From Octopus sinensis (lineage: Eukaryota), in assembly GCF_006345805.1 (NCBI RefSeq), contig NC_042998.1:175212001-175276000 (forward strand): a stretch of DNA of 64,000 bases, given 5' to 3'. Shown one piece after another: positions 11,311-25,570 of this stretch. The translations under genes and the position numbers were made by a program. Each line of letters opens with the position of its first letter. Position 1 is the stretch's first letter. The notes beneath the pieces are model-generated. The model had not been told where the DNA came from. It searched no databases and was given only the letters and a program-made list of their open reading frames with translations.

Positions 11311-13268
11311 TTCAAATAAAATATAACAGTCTTCCCTGCAACATCAGAGGCTTATGACTTTTAAGCAGACTTAGCCACTGTTATGGAGTCCTCAGACATT
11401 TTGCTTGATAGAATTTTAAAAACTTTTTAGAACTTATTAATTGTTTTTTATTCGTTAACCTTAGAAAAATTGCAGAGTTCACAGCGTTTTCTAAACTTCC
11501 TATGCGAGATTAGTGCAATTAATGCTCTTTTCAGCTGTTGCAGATTAGTGGCTGAAAGAGAATTTCAAAAGGATGGAGAGAAACAAATTAAGCAAAAGAT
11601 TTAGTATGAAGTTTCTGCAAATTAAGATGTTGTTGGTAATATAACCACAAGTCGACCAAACATTTGTTTGTGAGTGGATTTGGTAGATGGAAACTGCAAG
11701 ATCTATTGAATTACTGTGTGTGTGTGTGTGTGTGTGCATGCGCACATGTGAGTTTATATCTGCACTTGCATCTGCAAAAGTAACAACATTTGAATGCTGT
11801 TAGGATTTCTCCAGTTAATAAATTGCCTGCCAACTTCATGTGTCCAGTGCTTTATAGAATAAGAGATTCTTTACTTGAAAAACAGGTACAGGTTAGTGCC
11901 AAGAAGGGTGTCTGATTGTAAAACAATACCTTAATAATATATCTGTCTGACCCATGCATAATGGAAAATGAATATGAAAACAAAACAATATTGGCTATGT
12001 GATCAGTACTATAATGTAGTATATAAATGTACTCTCTAAATGTTTAGCAGCCATTTAGCGCTGAAGCATTCTATAACTATAAAAAGTAGAACCCATCCTT
12101 GTGTCTCCATCCCACTACTCACTCATGAAAAGGTGGTGTTCCTGTTTGATTATGATCCTTTATTGAAATTAATGGTCTCAGTCTAATGGGCCTCCTTTTT
12201 TTAGACTTGCTGCATGGACAAGTATTCTATCAGAACAGATCAGTCATACTTACAACCACATGCGTTAATCTTCATAAACTTTACTTCATAAACTTCACCA
12301 GTTTCTGATGGCTTGTCATGGAAATTGCCTGTCAACAACATAGCTAAAACTGCATCACAGTGTCTGAGATTTCTCTTCAGGGAGATAGAAACTAAGTTCA
12401 ATGCCCAATAGCTGCTAACCCATTTTAAGATAAGAAAAGATTGTTACAGAAGATTTGGCTGCTACATTATGCAGGTCAGATGACTACATGGAAAGGCTCT
12501 TTGTTCTATCATGATGATATTGTTGGTATTAGATGTGTTTATGTTTGCCATCTGTATTTATATCCCTTAATTGATTTAATTTCCTTATTTCAAGGCCACA
12601 TTCACAAGAGTGCTGGGTTTCATTTGATCAATAAAAAATTTCCTCTCATATCTTATTCAAATCTCATATTTCAGTGAATTGAGTAGAATTATTTGTTCTA
12701 TAGAAGTTTACATTTGAAAATCTATCTGCTAGATATAATTTTATATATATGAACATATAAATATGTGAATGAATGTTATTTTAATATTAAATTTTTTTTT
12801 CTTTCTTTTTTTTTCAGTTTATTATGTCAGCAGCTGAAGCTTTGCTTATGCATGTAGTTGCAGTTGAATCTTGGTCTTTAATTCTGTGAAATTTTGGATT
12901 AGAAATAATCCTGAGGACTTGTGCTTCTATAGCAGCAAGTACTTGTCTTAAAATCATGGAAGCTGGTGGTAGGTTGAAAAACTTTCTACTCATTTTCTTC
13001 TCAACAGATTTAATTCTGCTTTCCATTTTAATGTATATACATATACAGTAATGCCTCGATATACGTGATAATTTGTTCCTGGAGGCCACTCATAAAGTGA
13101 ATGCTTGTAAAGTAGAGCAATAATTTCCCATAGTAGCAGTATTATAAATCGTAATTCGTTCCCAGAAAAATATTTTACCTATAAAATTTATAATATTCAT
13201 AAACAAATGGCAGTAAAACAACAGTAGAATGGAAATGGTATTTTATGTAAAGTAAAAAGTATGTCAAG

Positions 13269-13647
13269 ATCATCATCATCATCATGTAACATCCGTTGTC
13301 CATGCTGGCATGGGTTGGATGGTTTGACCGGGCTGGCATGCTGGAAGGCTGCACGAGACTCCAGTCTGGTTTAACATGGTTTTCTATAACTGAATGCCCT
13401 TCCTAATGCCAACCACACTGAGAGTGTAATGGGTGCTTTTACGTTCCACCAGCATGGGTGCCATTTGCATGACACTGGGGTGCTTTTACATGCCACTGGC
13501 ACAGGTGCAAATTTGCATGGCACTGGTATCTGCTACGACTGCAATTTTGCTCAGCTTGATGGACCTTCTTCTTAAGCCTGACATAATGTCAAAGGTCTCG
13601 GTCATTGCCTCTGTGAGGCCCAACAATGAAAGGAACTCAGCCACATT
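13269..13647 (-). mobile_element. Diverged RTE-related SINE
   Basis: (cat)n tail, ccatgctggcatgggttgg, gaatgcccttcctaatgccaacc. Confidence 0.75.
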
Positions 13648-13783
13648 TATAATAAAAGATATTATTATTATAATAATTTCTGAATCACTTTCACTCACAC
13701 TAGACATATGCACACCATCACCGATTCACAAGAACTTGAAGACGGACTTATAGACTTTTTTTTAAAAAAAATAAGTCTAAAGT

Positions 13784-14183
13784 TATAGGCGCAGGAGTGG
13801 CTGTGTGGTAAGTAGCTTGCTTACCAACCACGTGGTTCCGGGTTCATTCCCACTGCGTGGCACCATGGGCAAGTGTCTTCTACTATAGCATCGGGCCGAC
13901 CAAAGCCTTGTGAGTGGATTTGGTAGGCAGAAACTGGAAGAAGCCCGTCGTATATATATATGCGTGTATATGTTTGTGTGTCTGTGTTAGTCCCCCACCA
14001 CCATTGCTTGACAACCGATGGTGGTGTGTTTACGTCCCCGTAACTTAGCGGTTCAGCAAAAGCAACTGATAGAATAAGTACTAGGCTTACAAAGAATAAG
14101 TCCTGGGGTTGATTTACTCGACTAAAGGCGGTGCTCCAGCATGGTCACAGTCAAATGACTGAAACAAGTAAAAGAGTAAAGAG
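13784..14183 (+). mobile_element. Full-length tRNA-head SINE family A
   Basis: Near-collinear with the 9507-9917 copy. Confidence 0.9.
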
Positions 14184-17137
14184 TTGTTTGCTTAGAAGAA
14201 GCTTTTTTTTTTTGCTCTCTATAATTTTCTCGGTAACATGCAGAAGCATTTGTAATGGTAGTAGAAACTTCTGCACTTTGTTCAAAATTTGGATCTTGTG
14301 CTTGTAAAACAAAACCCGTAAACCCAGGGTCTTGTAAAGTGAAGTATTACTGTACATATACACATGCATGCATTATTATTCTAAAGAACATTGTTTCATC
14401 AAGATTCTACTTGTTTCAGTTACTTTGATATTTTTTAAGTGGTTTACATCTGTTTTGCCAAGCAAGTCTAGGTAGCATGTTTTATTTGCAAATTTAGCTA
14501 TTTTATATTTTTGAAGCAATTGTTTTTTACAGCCAAAAACCCATTTTACTGATAATTGCTCAGTTGTAAAGTAGGAGTGGAAAGTATTCCAGCCAGGTAG
14601 TGCAGCCAACAAAGAAACCTATTTGTGGTCATTCAACCTACTAGAAATAGCAGTTAGGAAAAACACATTGGATAATCTTTTCTACTCTAGCTACAAGGCC
14701 CGAAATTTGGGGGGAGGGGGCCAGTCAATTGGATCGACCAGCAGTAGGCAACTGGTACTTAACTTATCGACCCCAAAAGGATGAAAGGCAAAGTCAACCT
14801 CATTGGATAATGTAATCCTAATAGATTATGTTATGAATATGAGATAGTAATGACTGGATAGCTTTTCCTCAGGTTTGCTTAATCAGGCTTGACCTGGAGC
14901 TAAGCAACAGCAACTCACTTATAAAAGGTAATTTTTTTTTTTTAGAAGAAAGTCTTAGTGCAAAAAAAGAAAAAGCATAAATCAAGGAGAGAAAATAAGT
15001 GGACATCAAAAGTATTGGCAGATATACGAAGAGGAGTTTGTGAAACTGTTTAGCCTATATAAACATTTAAATGGGATAAATGTTGCTAGTTGATTGTAGA
15101 AGGTAACTCAAAGTAAACTTTGTGTTGTATAACCAGATTAGATGAAAATGAGATGCATGGATTATTTCTCCACTGATGTATCCTAGCCATGAAAAACATG
15201 GTAAAATGGATCTCAAATGAATGTTTATTTACTTTGTGGAGCAGGGTTTGAAATGAAATTTCAGATGAATAAACTTGAATAAAAATTTGAATAAAATCTG
15301 AAATTCAAATTTAAATCAATAAAAATATTCAGTTTTTATTGATTTTTAAAAAAAAAGTTCAAATTTGAATTTTTTTCCCCTTCTGATTACATTATCATCA
15401 TCTTAAAATCCACATTTCCATGCTTACTTGAGTCAGATGAAATATTTTGAGGCAGATTTTCTATACTCAGATGCCTTTCCTGCCACCAACCTTCAACTAT
15501 TTCCTATTTAAGAAAATTTCAAACAGAGAGACAATAGCTGTAGGGTTGAGGTGTTAGTGTATTACTAATCATGTGATTTTAAGTTTAAATCTTTACAGCT
15601 ATTATAAGACGTTCCTTTGCTAAATGAGGCAAACTCTAAATTTTCACAAAACCTACAAGAAATAACAGGTTGATATCCCTCAAATCACACCATAACATTT
15701 TTTTTTTAAATGGTTAATGTAATCCTAGATATAATGTGACTGAAAAAACAGATGGTATATTCAAGGTTGAAAACCTTTTGATCAGTGGTGACTTGGGGTT
15801 CAGCAACAACTCTGCTTGCTTATATTGGCAATAAATAATTCAAAAGCAAATAACTGTAATTTGAGTGAGAAAAGGAAGAGGTTTATCATCCTGGGGACAA
15901 GCCCTTTAATGCAGATCTTTCCTTTTGTCATAACTTTTATTTTCAATATTACACATTTTGTCAAAAAAAAAAAAAAAAAAATTGTTAGATTGGTTTCATG
16001 GTTGAGTGTTTAACTTAAAGAGCAGCCAGCTGTAAAAACAATTGCTCAAAGCACAACTTTTTGTTCCATGCAAACATATTAAAATGAATGTAAAGCAGTA
16101 GTTAAAATTTTTTCATGCCAAAAAAAGAGTTGAAAACATATCCCAAGTTTCTAGACCCCCCTGCAGTAATAAATATAAACTTCAGTTATAAGCTTTGTGT
16201 TGAGCTTGACATTTCATTAAAAAAGTATTACTGTTAATAACATATTTTCTTGAGAAATGTAATTTTTTTATATAACTTTTCTTGTAATTTTGTGTATTAA
16301 TGGCAACAAACTATTCTTAGATTAGCAATTGTTGTTAATGATTCATCAGATATGCATTTTTTTCTCATTATTGTTCATCTTTTCAACATTCCAGTTGCAG
16401 CAATTAGTTGGCAACATGCTGTTAAATATTTGAGTAAAAGTTTTGTAGAAGCTTCTTGCATGTTAAGACTGTTATTAACAACACTTTTTTTCTGTGTACT
16501 ATTTACTCTTTACAGAGTAACAATAAAGATAGCTCATATAGAAACTGTATTGCCCTGGGTCAAGCCTTATTGAGCTGGCCTATGATCATAAAATTTCAAT
16601 CATGAACATCTCATCTTTTTAGGAGTATGTAGGACTACACTATCCAGTGTTTCTTTGTTATTCAAGTAGTGGATGGTTATTTGAGAGAAATTTGGCTGTT
16701 GTTTCAAGTTAGCCTGAAGAGGCTCCCTCTTTATTTTCATCATGTAAATGGATAGGTCCAAGTTGTGGTGCACAGAGTAGCAAAAATAGATAATATTAAT
16801 GCCCTGTAAATTAATAATTACAAATAGGTCTTAGAAATGATTAATATTTGCACTAGTACTGACATGCCAAGTAGTAGAGATGGGTCATTTTCAGAATAAA
16901 TGGTTGAATGCAGATATATTATTGTCACATCGAATAATAATAAAATAGTATTGTGAAAACATTGTCAAAATCCTTCAAAGTGACCAAGAGGTTTCTCTAG
17001 TAAAGAAACCTTTGTCAAACAGAGAAAAATAGAGTTTCAAGATAGGAAAATAAATTGTTCTGTATGTATATTTTAAACTTGATCTGGGAAAAGAGGAGGT
17101 TAAAATACTATTTTGATTTCAAGAAAGGTAATCATGA

Positions 17138-17371
17138 AAGGCGGTGAGCTGGTAGAAATGTTAGCATGCTGGGCAAAATGCTTAGCAGTATTTCGGCTGC
17201 CGTTACGTTCTGAGTTCAAATTCCGCCAAGGTCAACTTTGCCTTTCATCCTTTCGGGGTCGATAAATTAAGTACCAGTTACGCACTGGGGTCAATGTAAT
17301 TGACTTAATCCCTTTGTCTGTCCTTGTTTGTCCCCTCTATGTTTAGCCCCTTGTGGGCAGTAAAGAAATAA
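17138..17371 (+). mobile_element. tRNA-head SINE family B
   Basis: ggcggtgagctggtagaa...ctgagttcaaattccgcc...cctttcggggtcgataaattaagtaccag...agtaaagaaata. Confidence 0.85.
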
Positions 17372-18896
17372 GAAATGTAATCATAAGAAATATGATTAAA
17401 TTGGAGCAGATTTTGACATGGGTGGGTGTGGCGGGGAGAACACAATAGCAATGTGTTGCTATCACCATATGATGCAATGTGCAATGAGTTCCGACTCAGA
17501 TGCACTCAGATTTATCCATATGTAACCATGGATACAAACATAGCTGTGTGGTTAAGAAGATTGCTCTGCAGGCCATCTGCTGCCAAGTTCAATCCCATTA
17601 TTTGGCACCTTGAGCATGTATGTGTTTTCTAGCATAGCTTTAGGTTGACCAATGCTTTGTGGGTGGAATCTAGTAGATGGAAACTAATCAGAAGCCCATT
17701 GTGTGTGTGTGTGATTATCTTCATTTTTTTTGTCTGTATGCGTGTATATCTTTTGATGATGCATATTCATAAAAAATGTAAACACGAATGAGATGGGTGG
17801 GGAAACCCCTAACATTTTCCATTGAACAGACTCATTTTCCATGAATAAATGTTCTAAAACTGCAATTTGACAGTTAGGTCTCCCTCAGTAGCTTAACAAT
17901 CAAACACTATAGATCTTAATAAACAACATGAACCTACTTACACAGCTGCTAAACCTGCTAGAAATACCAATCAAATCTCCTTGAAATTACACTCTATTAT
18001 CTAGAAAAATGAAGAACACTTTAAGTAGTGTAGTTCTAAGTATCTGTCTAAAAAAAGGTGAAGTGGTTGATACTGGAATACTATTAATCTTAGTTTTAAT
18101 CATACTTGATCAGGATAGCTATAGAGCTAAACAACAACAAACACACTTCCTTTGCTCTTAAATGTTACACTGCCGTATTCACAATGGCTTTGATGCTAAA
18201 GCTTTCTCTCAACATACTTGTGTTCAGTCTTTTACATCAGTTAACATTATATATCCTGTGAACTTAATAGTTTTAATCTCAGCTATAGCTCAGACCTTAC
18301 TGAATTGAAACCTTTCATATTGACAGCCGTTGTCACTGTCAAACACCTAAGGTATACTAGAATAATTTAGATACCAAGTAAGACACAATCCATTTTGGCT
18401 GTTGCTCTCAGTAACAGAATCATAATTTTCAGTATGGCTGTAGCACAACAGTGTAACAGTACTGCGAAGTACTCCAAGTATTTCAGTGATAAATCCTGCC
18501 ATGTGTTCCCTCAACATCATCTCATTCAGATTACATAGAAAGACAACAACACTAATACCAGCTGAAATCAAAGTATTACTTCAGAGTCTATTATATTTGA
18601 TCATGCCATGTCAGATCAAATCTGTAAATATCTGTTCACTTCACCTTCTACTTGCAAACAGGATACACTGTTTTGGTTTTAATTTTTTGTTTTATATATT
18701 TTACCCTTTTACATTTATTTGTCCCTACCAACTTGAGTGAAAGGATTTTGTACATGTAAATATTTACATGAATATTTCCCAAGTAGTATCCTTTTGGCAT
18801 CTGAATATCCATCCATGGAGTGATAATACCTCCAGTTATCAAGCAAATTGAGCAATCTGCCTTATAACTAATGAGTGTACAAATTCCTGTTCATAA

Positions 18897-19090
18897 CCAC
18901 ATAGGCATGGCTGTGTCCATTAAGAAGCTTGCTTCCCAACCATGTGGTGTTGGGTTCAGTCTCACTACATGGTACCTTGGGTGGCATTTTCTACTATATC
19001 CCTGGGTCAACTAAAGCTTTGTGAATGAATTTAATAGACAAAAGCTTAAAGAAAACCATTATATATAAGTGTGTCTGTGTGTGTGTTGTA
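18897..19090 (+). mobile_element. 5' half of a diverged family A SINE
   Basis: ataggcatggctgtgt...aaccatgtggtgttgggttcagtctcact. Confidence 0.7.
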
Positions 19091-22000
19091 CCCATGTATA
19101 AACATCATCATACAAGCAAGGTAGTTCATTTCTAATCTGTGAAAAATGTGTCTTTCTATGGGAAAATATTACCTTGCTTGGAAACTGATGACGGTTAGCA
19201 ACAGGAAGGGCATCCACCTGTAGAAAATCTGCCTCGGCAAATTCCATCTGACCCATGTAAGCATGGAGATATGAACATTGAATGATGGTGATGACCTTAC
19301 AATCAGTCAGTGATTTAGGACTATAAAACTCACTGCTTTGTGTTTCTCACCAATTTATATTATTTGTATTACAGTGTATTATTGATTTATATTGTATTTT
19401 CATTGATCATTGGAACAACCAAAAAGAAAAGTAGATCTTTTCAAGTAGTGCCTTCAATCTTAGGCTGAACAGCGTAATTTAATTAGCAGTTTGATCCTAA
19501 GCATCAGAAAGTGGCCCAGTCATAGCTTACATAGTAGTTAGACTTATCTTCAGTTTATTTCAAGTTTCAGTGTGTGACATAAAAACAACATGTGATGAAA
19601 AAATTATCTGAAAGATATCTCACTGACTCATGCCTGGTTACAGAAATATCCTAGTGAAGGGAAGATTTTTTTTTTTTTTTTTGCTCTAGAAATAACTCAT
19701 AAAGTATATAGATGTAATAGAACTACTTTTTAATGTGATCATTAGATATTTGTACTTTATTTCTTCCATTTGGTTAGTAAGCATGTTTGACACTACCTTA
19801 CACAGAATGTCTTCTTATTGTGGCAGATATAAACCAAATTCTGTTTTTACTTCATAAGCGCAAGCAAAACCTGATACACAGTATTACTAATAGTAACAAT
19901 AAAATTCCTGTTTCACATTTACAAACACAATATACTGTATTTTAAATATGCAACAAATTATTGATCACTCATTCCAGTGCTATCCAGTCAATTCAGCAGT
20001 TTAGTTATTACTCATTCTTGAGTGGATTCCAACTCCCTTGGCCACTGTCTTGCTGTCTATATCAACTGACAACCTTCTGATGTTCCAACTATCAATTTAC
20101 ACTTCAAACACATTTTAGGCTTTCACCAGAATTTCATCTGGCTTCATCCTGACCAGTTAGGGATCATCATCCTTCAGTTTCCTGGCTGTCTACTTGACCC
20201 ATGTCAGAGTGGATGCAGCAGTCATTCCAAGAGCAGGATTGCTACCATTACCTGCACTCCGCTCACTCATCTGACCCTAGAATAATTTTTTTTTAAATGC
20301 CACCAGCTGTCACAAAAAATAGTGCAAATGTTGCTTGTGATGTTTAGTCACATTATCACTTTGATTATGTCATCAGAGTTTATAGCTTAATGACACCTTC
20401 AAATGGGACTCCTCTGCCCAGTTTTAAGTCAGATTGGAGAATAGGTTGCCAATGCTAATTACACACCTGCAGCAACAGACAGCTTTTCAAGCAATTTTAT
20501 ATCACAATCACAAACACGGATTGTTGAAGATGCAGCAACAGGAAAAAGAAAAGTGGTTGCATCATGCATGAATTTTGGAAAACCTGATAAAACTCTGTGT
20601 CCTTAACAGTTGGTAATGTGCTAGCTTTTTTTTCCCATTAGCTACACCTAGAAAATGTGATGGACCTGGTTAGGAAAAGCCTGTGGATCTTGTGCAGTTA
20701 TGTATTCCTTCAAGATGAGAAACATAACAGGGGGGCTGTTCTGCTTTTCAACTACAACTTTCCATGCAACCAAAATGTGACATGGAACCTATATCACTAA
20801 CTAGCATGTTCTAAAAATCTCACAATATAATAGCAACTGATATCTGTGGAGATTAATGGGTGTCACCGGCAAACTAATACTAATGATATTTTCATAAGTT
20901 CGCCCATGAAACCATGTTATGACTATTACTTCCTCCGAGTGATTAATTCCATTTGTTTTCTCCAGTTCATTAAAGATCTAGAGAACGATGGCATTGAACT
21001 TGCTGATAAGAAACCCATTGATATGAAACAGCTTCACATGGCTTGCAAACATGTTAACCAGATATGGAGACCTCACCAGATTGTTCAATGAGTAAGCACC
21101 CCATGCAGTGAACAAAATTTGCACAGATCAAAAATGACTTACTGCTGTATGAGTACATGATTAAAATTAGCAATGATTGTAGGTAACAGGCACTAATGTA
21201 TAGACTCAAAAGTGTACCATTAACCTGTTGAGTAAAAGCAGTTAGGCAGCAGGCATACACAACCGAGGGGGGTCTTTCCAGTGAAATGTTATTTATGTGG
21301 TTTCATTTAAAAAGAAAATACTTTCCTTATCTGTAGTTATGTTTGTCAGGCAAGTATCATAGGCATGTGCATTTTCCCTGCAATTTTTCCATGTTTTCCC
21401 AGCAAGCATGTTGAGAAAATAAAAATAATATGAGACAGCTGTACATGCCCAGTAAACATGTTCACTGCAATTGACACCAAGTTAGATAAACAAACATGAT
21501 TACTGGATGAACAAATAAGCAACCAAAACCTGGAAATTTCACTCATTTTCTTAAACCTGACTCTAGATTTTTGCCAGAATTTCTAAACTAGGGTTTCTAC
21601 CACAGCCCATTGCTTTACTTTTTTTTATGAATGAACAGTGAATCTATAACAACATTATGATTTATACATATCACTTAGCTCTTGTGGCTCTTTCCTTTTA
21701 CTCAAATTATATATATATAACAATGTCCTAGCTAACAGTGACTTCAAAGATAAGATATACTACAACCCTTCTAATAATAATATGAATCATAAAATAGACC
21801 TAAAAAAATCATTTGGTTCACCCCCAGCATTTCCCCCAAAAAAATCACAAATCCTATGTGTAGCACCTTGAATGAGTGCTTTTTATTGCCCCAGACCTTG
21901 TCATGATGTGAGTCAGTTCTTATTTGGAATTACTGCTCTTATAGATAGAAACTGTGTATCAATTACACATTCTAGTTTTGACATGATTTCAACAGCTGGA

Positions 22001-22673
22001 TGTCCATCCTATTACTAATCACAGAGCATGCTGGATGTATTTTGTCAAGGCACCAGCTCTGGAGAGGTTGATCTTGTTCTCAGCAAGATTAAAATGTCCT
22101 CTCAACACCAATGTCTCTTTTTGTTCATTCATCAACACTAGAGCTTGTCTCATCCCTGATTTAAAAGAGTCCCCTCTTCTCAGCATTATCCCCATTTGTT
22201 TCTTTATTCTTCGCACAATTAGGCTTGCAAATCATATCTTAGGTACCAGGGGAGTAGTCAATGATTATGCTAAAGAGTTCCTTCTGTTGTTCTGTATCAA
22301 TCTATCCTAAAGGGTCTCTTCACACTGTATGTCTTTATTCTTACTTCTATAATTCAACATATTAGGGTCCATACCAGAATAGGGTAAGCTCATAGCAGCA
22401 GCAAAAACCTCTTGTTATAAAATTGTGTCCATTCTAGTCTATAAAAGCTTCCTGGTTTGGTAAGGAGTTTTATGAAGATAAGGCCTAGGATCTCCTTTAA
22501 CGTTGTGATATTAGATAACTAAAGTCTTTATAAATAGGTTATCAAGGGTTTAGTTATCAGAAAGTTAGACAAGTGGCAATGCAAACCGATGAATATAAAG
22601 GTTGCCTTCACACGAGTCAGAGGTGCGTGTGTATGTACTTGGGTTAAGTTATTTGATTATTTCTTTACTTCAG

Positions 22674-22697
22674 TCTCTGACTGAGGTAGCATTATGG
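22674..22697 (+). CDS. Candidate 24-nt start microexon (ATG 22694; supplies ATG G to give M-D-D-F-E-S-V)
   Basis: Acceptor ttatttctttacttcag, exon ends ATGG|gttagt; A at -3 and G at +4; in-frame TGA at 22682; phase 1 matches exon A. Confidence 0.4.
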
Positions 22698-23333
22698 GTT
22701 AGTGGATTACTTGCTCATTGCTTGAGGGTTCTAATCAGCTGTAGACATTTTCACTGTAGTGTGTGCATACCTGTACAGAACACTTTTACCTGACAATACC
22801 TCTGTTCAATCAGCAGTTAAGATTAGGTACCAGATATATGAGAATGCAGCATACGATAACACAGCATTTCGTTCAAGATAAGATCTCCCTAAATGCTAAT
22901 AAAGAGGGAGTAAACACAGACATTTATAATAGTCCAACGCCGATTTATTTCTATTCATGTCCCACTACTCTATAGTAATACTGAGTGTTGAAACTCAGTT
23001 ACCTCCCTTGGATTACTGTTAAGGCTTCTGGAAGTTATTTGGGTACGATCCATCTTTAAGAATCAAGAACGCTCTAGGTCATCAGTTGACCTGCTAGCGA
23101 AAGCAACCAAATCCCCAAATCATATTACACCTCACCATCTAGATACACAGTCTCTAAAATATATGCGATGATCATAGTAATAATGCCATTAACCATTGGT
23201 CTGTTTGATGAGAGATAACTTGGGGCTGAATAATAAGAGGTAACACTAGAATCATCGCAAAATAGATATAATTAGTGAGAGCTTTTTAATGCTCTATGCA
23301 TATTAGCACTATACAGATTGTTTAGCTCTAAAC

Positions 23334-23558
23334 CAATGTTTCTCAACCTTTTTAACCTTGCGTAACCCTTAAAATAAATAACGTCTCCAGAAACCCCTGC
23401 ACAAAAAAGAAAATTTTATACCATATTTTTCTCATTTTTTTTTCATTGTAGTTCACATGGTAAATGTCATATATACATATATATATATATATTACGATTA
23501 TGAAATTGGCATTAGCTTCTCATATTCTTTCTCAAGGAACCTCTGTTGAGAAACGCTG
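23334..23558. mobile_element. hAT (Charlie-like) MITE, 225 bp
   Basis: TIRs caatgtttctcaac / gttgagaaacgctg; perfect 8-bp TSD CTCTAAAC at 23326-23333 and 23559-23566. Confidence 0.88.
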
Positions 23559-24212
23559 CTCTAAACAGTTGTATTTTTCTGTGTTAACTAATGTGCAATG
23601 CTGTTACCATTACTTAGTGATCTCTCATCACTATTTTGGTAAATATTGTGCAGTTACTACTTTGCTGGGAAGATCTAATAAGACTAAAACCTGCCCAGAG
23701 TTGTCTCTTGTATTTGCCAAAATCATATTGGCTTCAAATTTTGGTGCAAGGCCACCAATTTCGGGAATGGAGAGTGGGATAAGTTTATTATATCAACCCC
23801 AATGCTCAACTGGTCCTTTTTTTATTGACTCCCAAAAGCATGAAAGACAAAGTTGACCTTGGAGGAATTTGAACTCAGAACATTAAGACACAATATATTA
23901 CTAAACATTTAGCCCAGGATGCTAATGATTCAGCCAGCACACCACCTTAATTGCCAAAATAATATTAGTCAGTGATTAATATTAGGTTTTCCTCACTGCA
24001 TAATTATTTCCAGTAACTTTCTGATGCTCTCTCCATTGTATGTTTTAGCATTAACTTTATTATTCTTTTAAGTTAATCGTAAGAGTAATTCACTCTCTAA
24101 AAAGATTTGTAGCCATCATTATACAATGGTCATTACCAGTTCTGATTATATTATAGTCTCAGGACCATTGTATATTAATATGTAAGATATGAGTTTATGG
24201 CTTTGTCCTAAT

Positions 24213-24255
<43 letters not shown>

Positions 24256-25350
24256 TGCTTATACTCTAGATTGGAAAGTTAACCAAAGAGGATTGGTAAA
24301 ATAGATACCAGTAATTTAATGGAATTCAACTGAATTTCTCCACTATTGGCTCTGTGCCAATATTAAAATCATTTTTAATGTTAGAAATTATTATTTTAAA
24401 GAAAATATTATTTTTCTTAATTTAAGGAATTCTAACCCTACTGAGACCAATTTTTCTTTCATCCTTTGAGGGTTGATAAATAACTACCAATGAAGAACTA
24501 AAGTTGATATAATTGTCTGTCCCCTTCTTTACTCAATTTCTGCTCTTCTGCCTTTGCTAGAAGCAATTATCATTATTTAATATCATTATTATTATTATTA
24601 TTATTTAGCCCTAGCCTAGACCTAATCTAAGTCCTTTTTAACCCTGATCATCCACTCTTCCTTTTTTGATGCATAGATATCTAGTTCAGTTTTTTTTAAT
24701 GTGTTCTTCTCTTACTGTTCTGAGTTTATTCTTCTATTGTACTGAAGGTATTCTATGTAAAACATACAGTGCCTAGTCTGGTATTTACTGTATTTTGTGT
24801 ATGTGCATAAATCTTGGGCTTTTGCTTATATACTTCACTGCATCCCATGTTTTATCATTCATAAAACATCTATGTTCATAGGGATTGTTTCTGTTTTCAG
24901 TATCCATATTCTGGATATCTCTTTATATCCATGTTTTTATGTTTAGATATTTTAGGATTGTACTTGCTTGGCAAGTAACCTGATCTGAGATTATGTTCAA
25001 ATTGGAAGAGCCACGATAACTGTTTAAAGCACACACATAAATGTTATATTATTTTATTTCTTGTCAGTGTTGTATTTTATAGTGTGTCAAAAGTTTCATC
25101 CTACTTGTACAACTTGATTATTGACATATTTCCACAAGAATAAAGAGATAACATGTGGTGGAATTGTGTCAGTGATCAGATCAAAAATGTACATCACTAT
25201 GTACATTTTTGATATTTTTTTAGTTTACAATACTATCAAGAAATAAGGAAAAAAGTGAATGTAAAAGTATGCATATGTGTTTTAAATAGCTATCATGATT
25301 CTACTACAATTTGATTATTTTATTTGGATAGTTTCTCCATATGTTTTTGA

Positions 25351-25533
25351 TTTATTATTATTATTATTCAGTGGGGTTTTTTTTTATATTGTGCTTTCAC
25401 TTCACTACCGAGCACAGCTTTGTGTGCCTTGGGTATGTGCTGTTTTGTTGTGATGCTCTGATGGTTACTATATTGAAAGTGTTTGCGTAGGATGTGGTCA
25501 GTGCCTAGTAGTGCAATTTTCTGTATGTTGTTG

Positions 25534-25564
<31 letters not shown>

Positions 25565-25570
25565 CATTAT
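25351..25570 (-). mobile_element. R4/Dong-like non-LTR retrotransposon 3' end in (TAA)n
   Basis: Minus strand encodes IQKIALLGTDHILR; (TAA)n on both sides. Confidence 0.75.

Larger units (their letters stand above)
13046..14352. mobile_element. Tigger/pogo-like MITE carrying two nested SINEs
   Basis: TA|cagtaatgcctcgatatacg ... tgtaaagtgaagtattactg|TA imperfect TIRs with TA target sites. Confidence 0.55.

Noticed and set aside
23452-23459. 8-nt ATG-containing microexon (ag|ttcacATG|gt)
   Set aside because: Phase 0 does not fit exon A, and it lies inside a hAT MITE.
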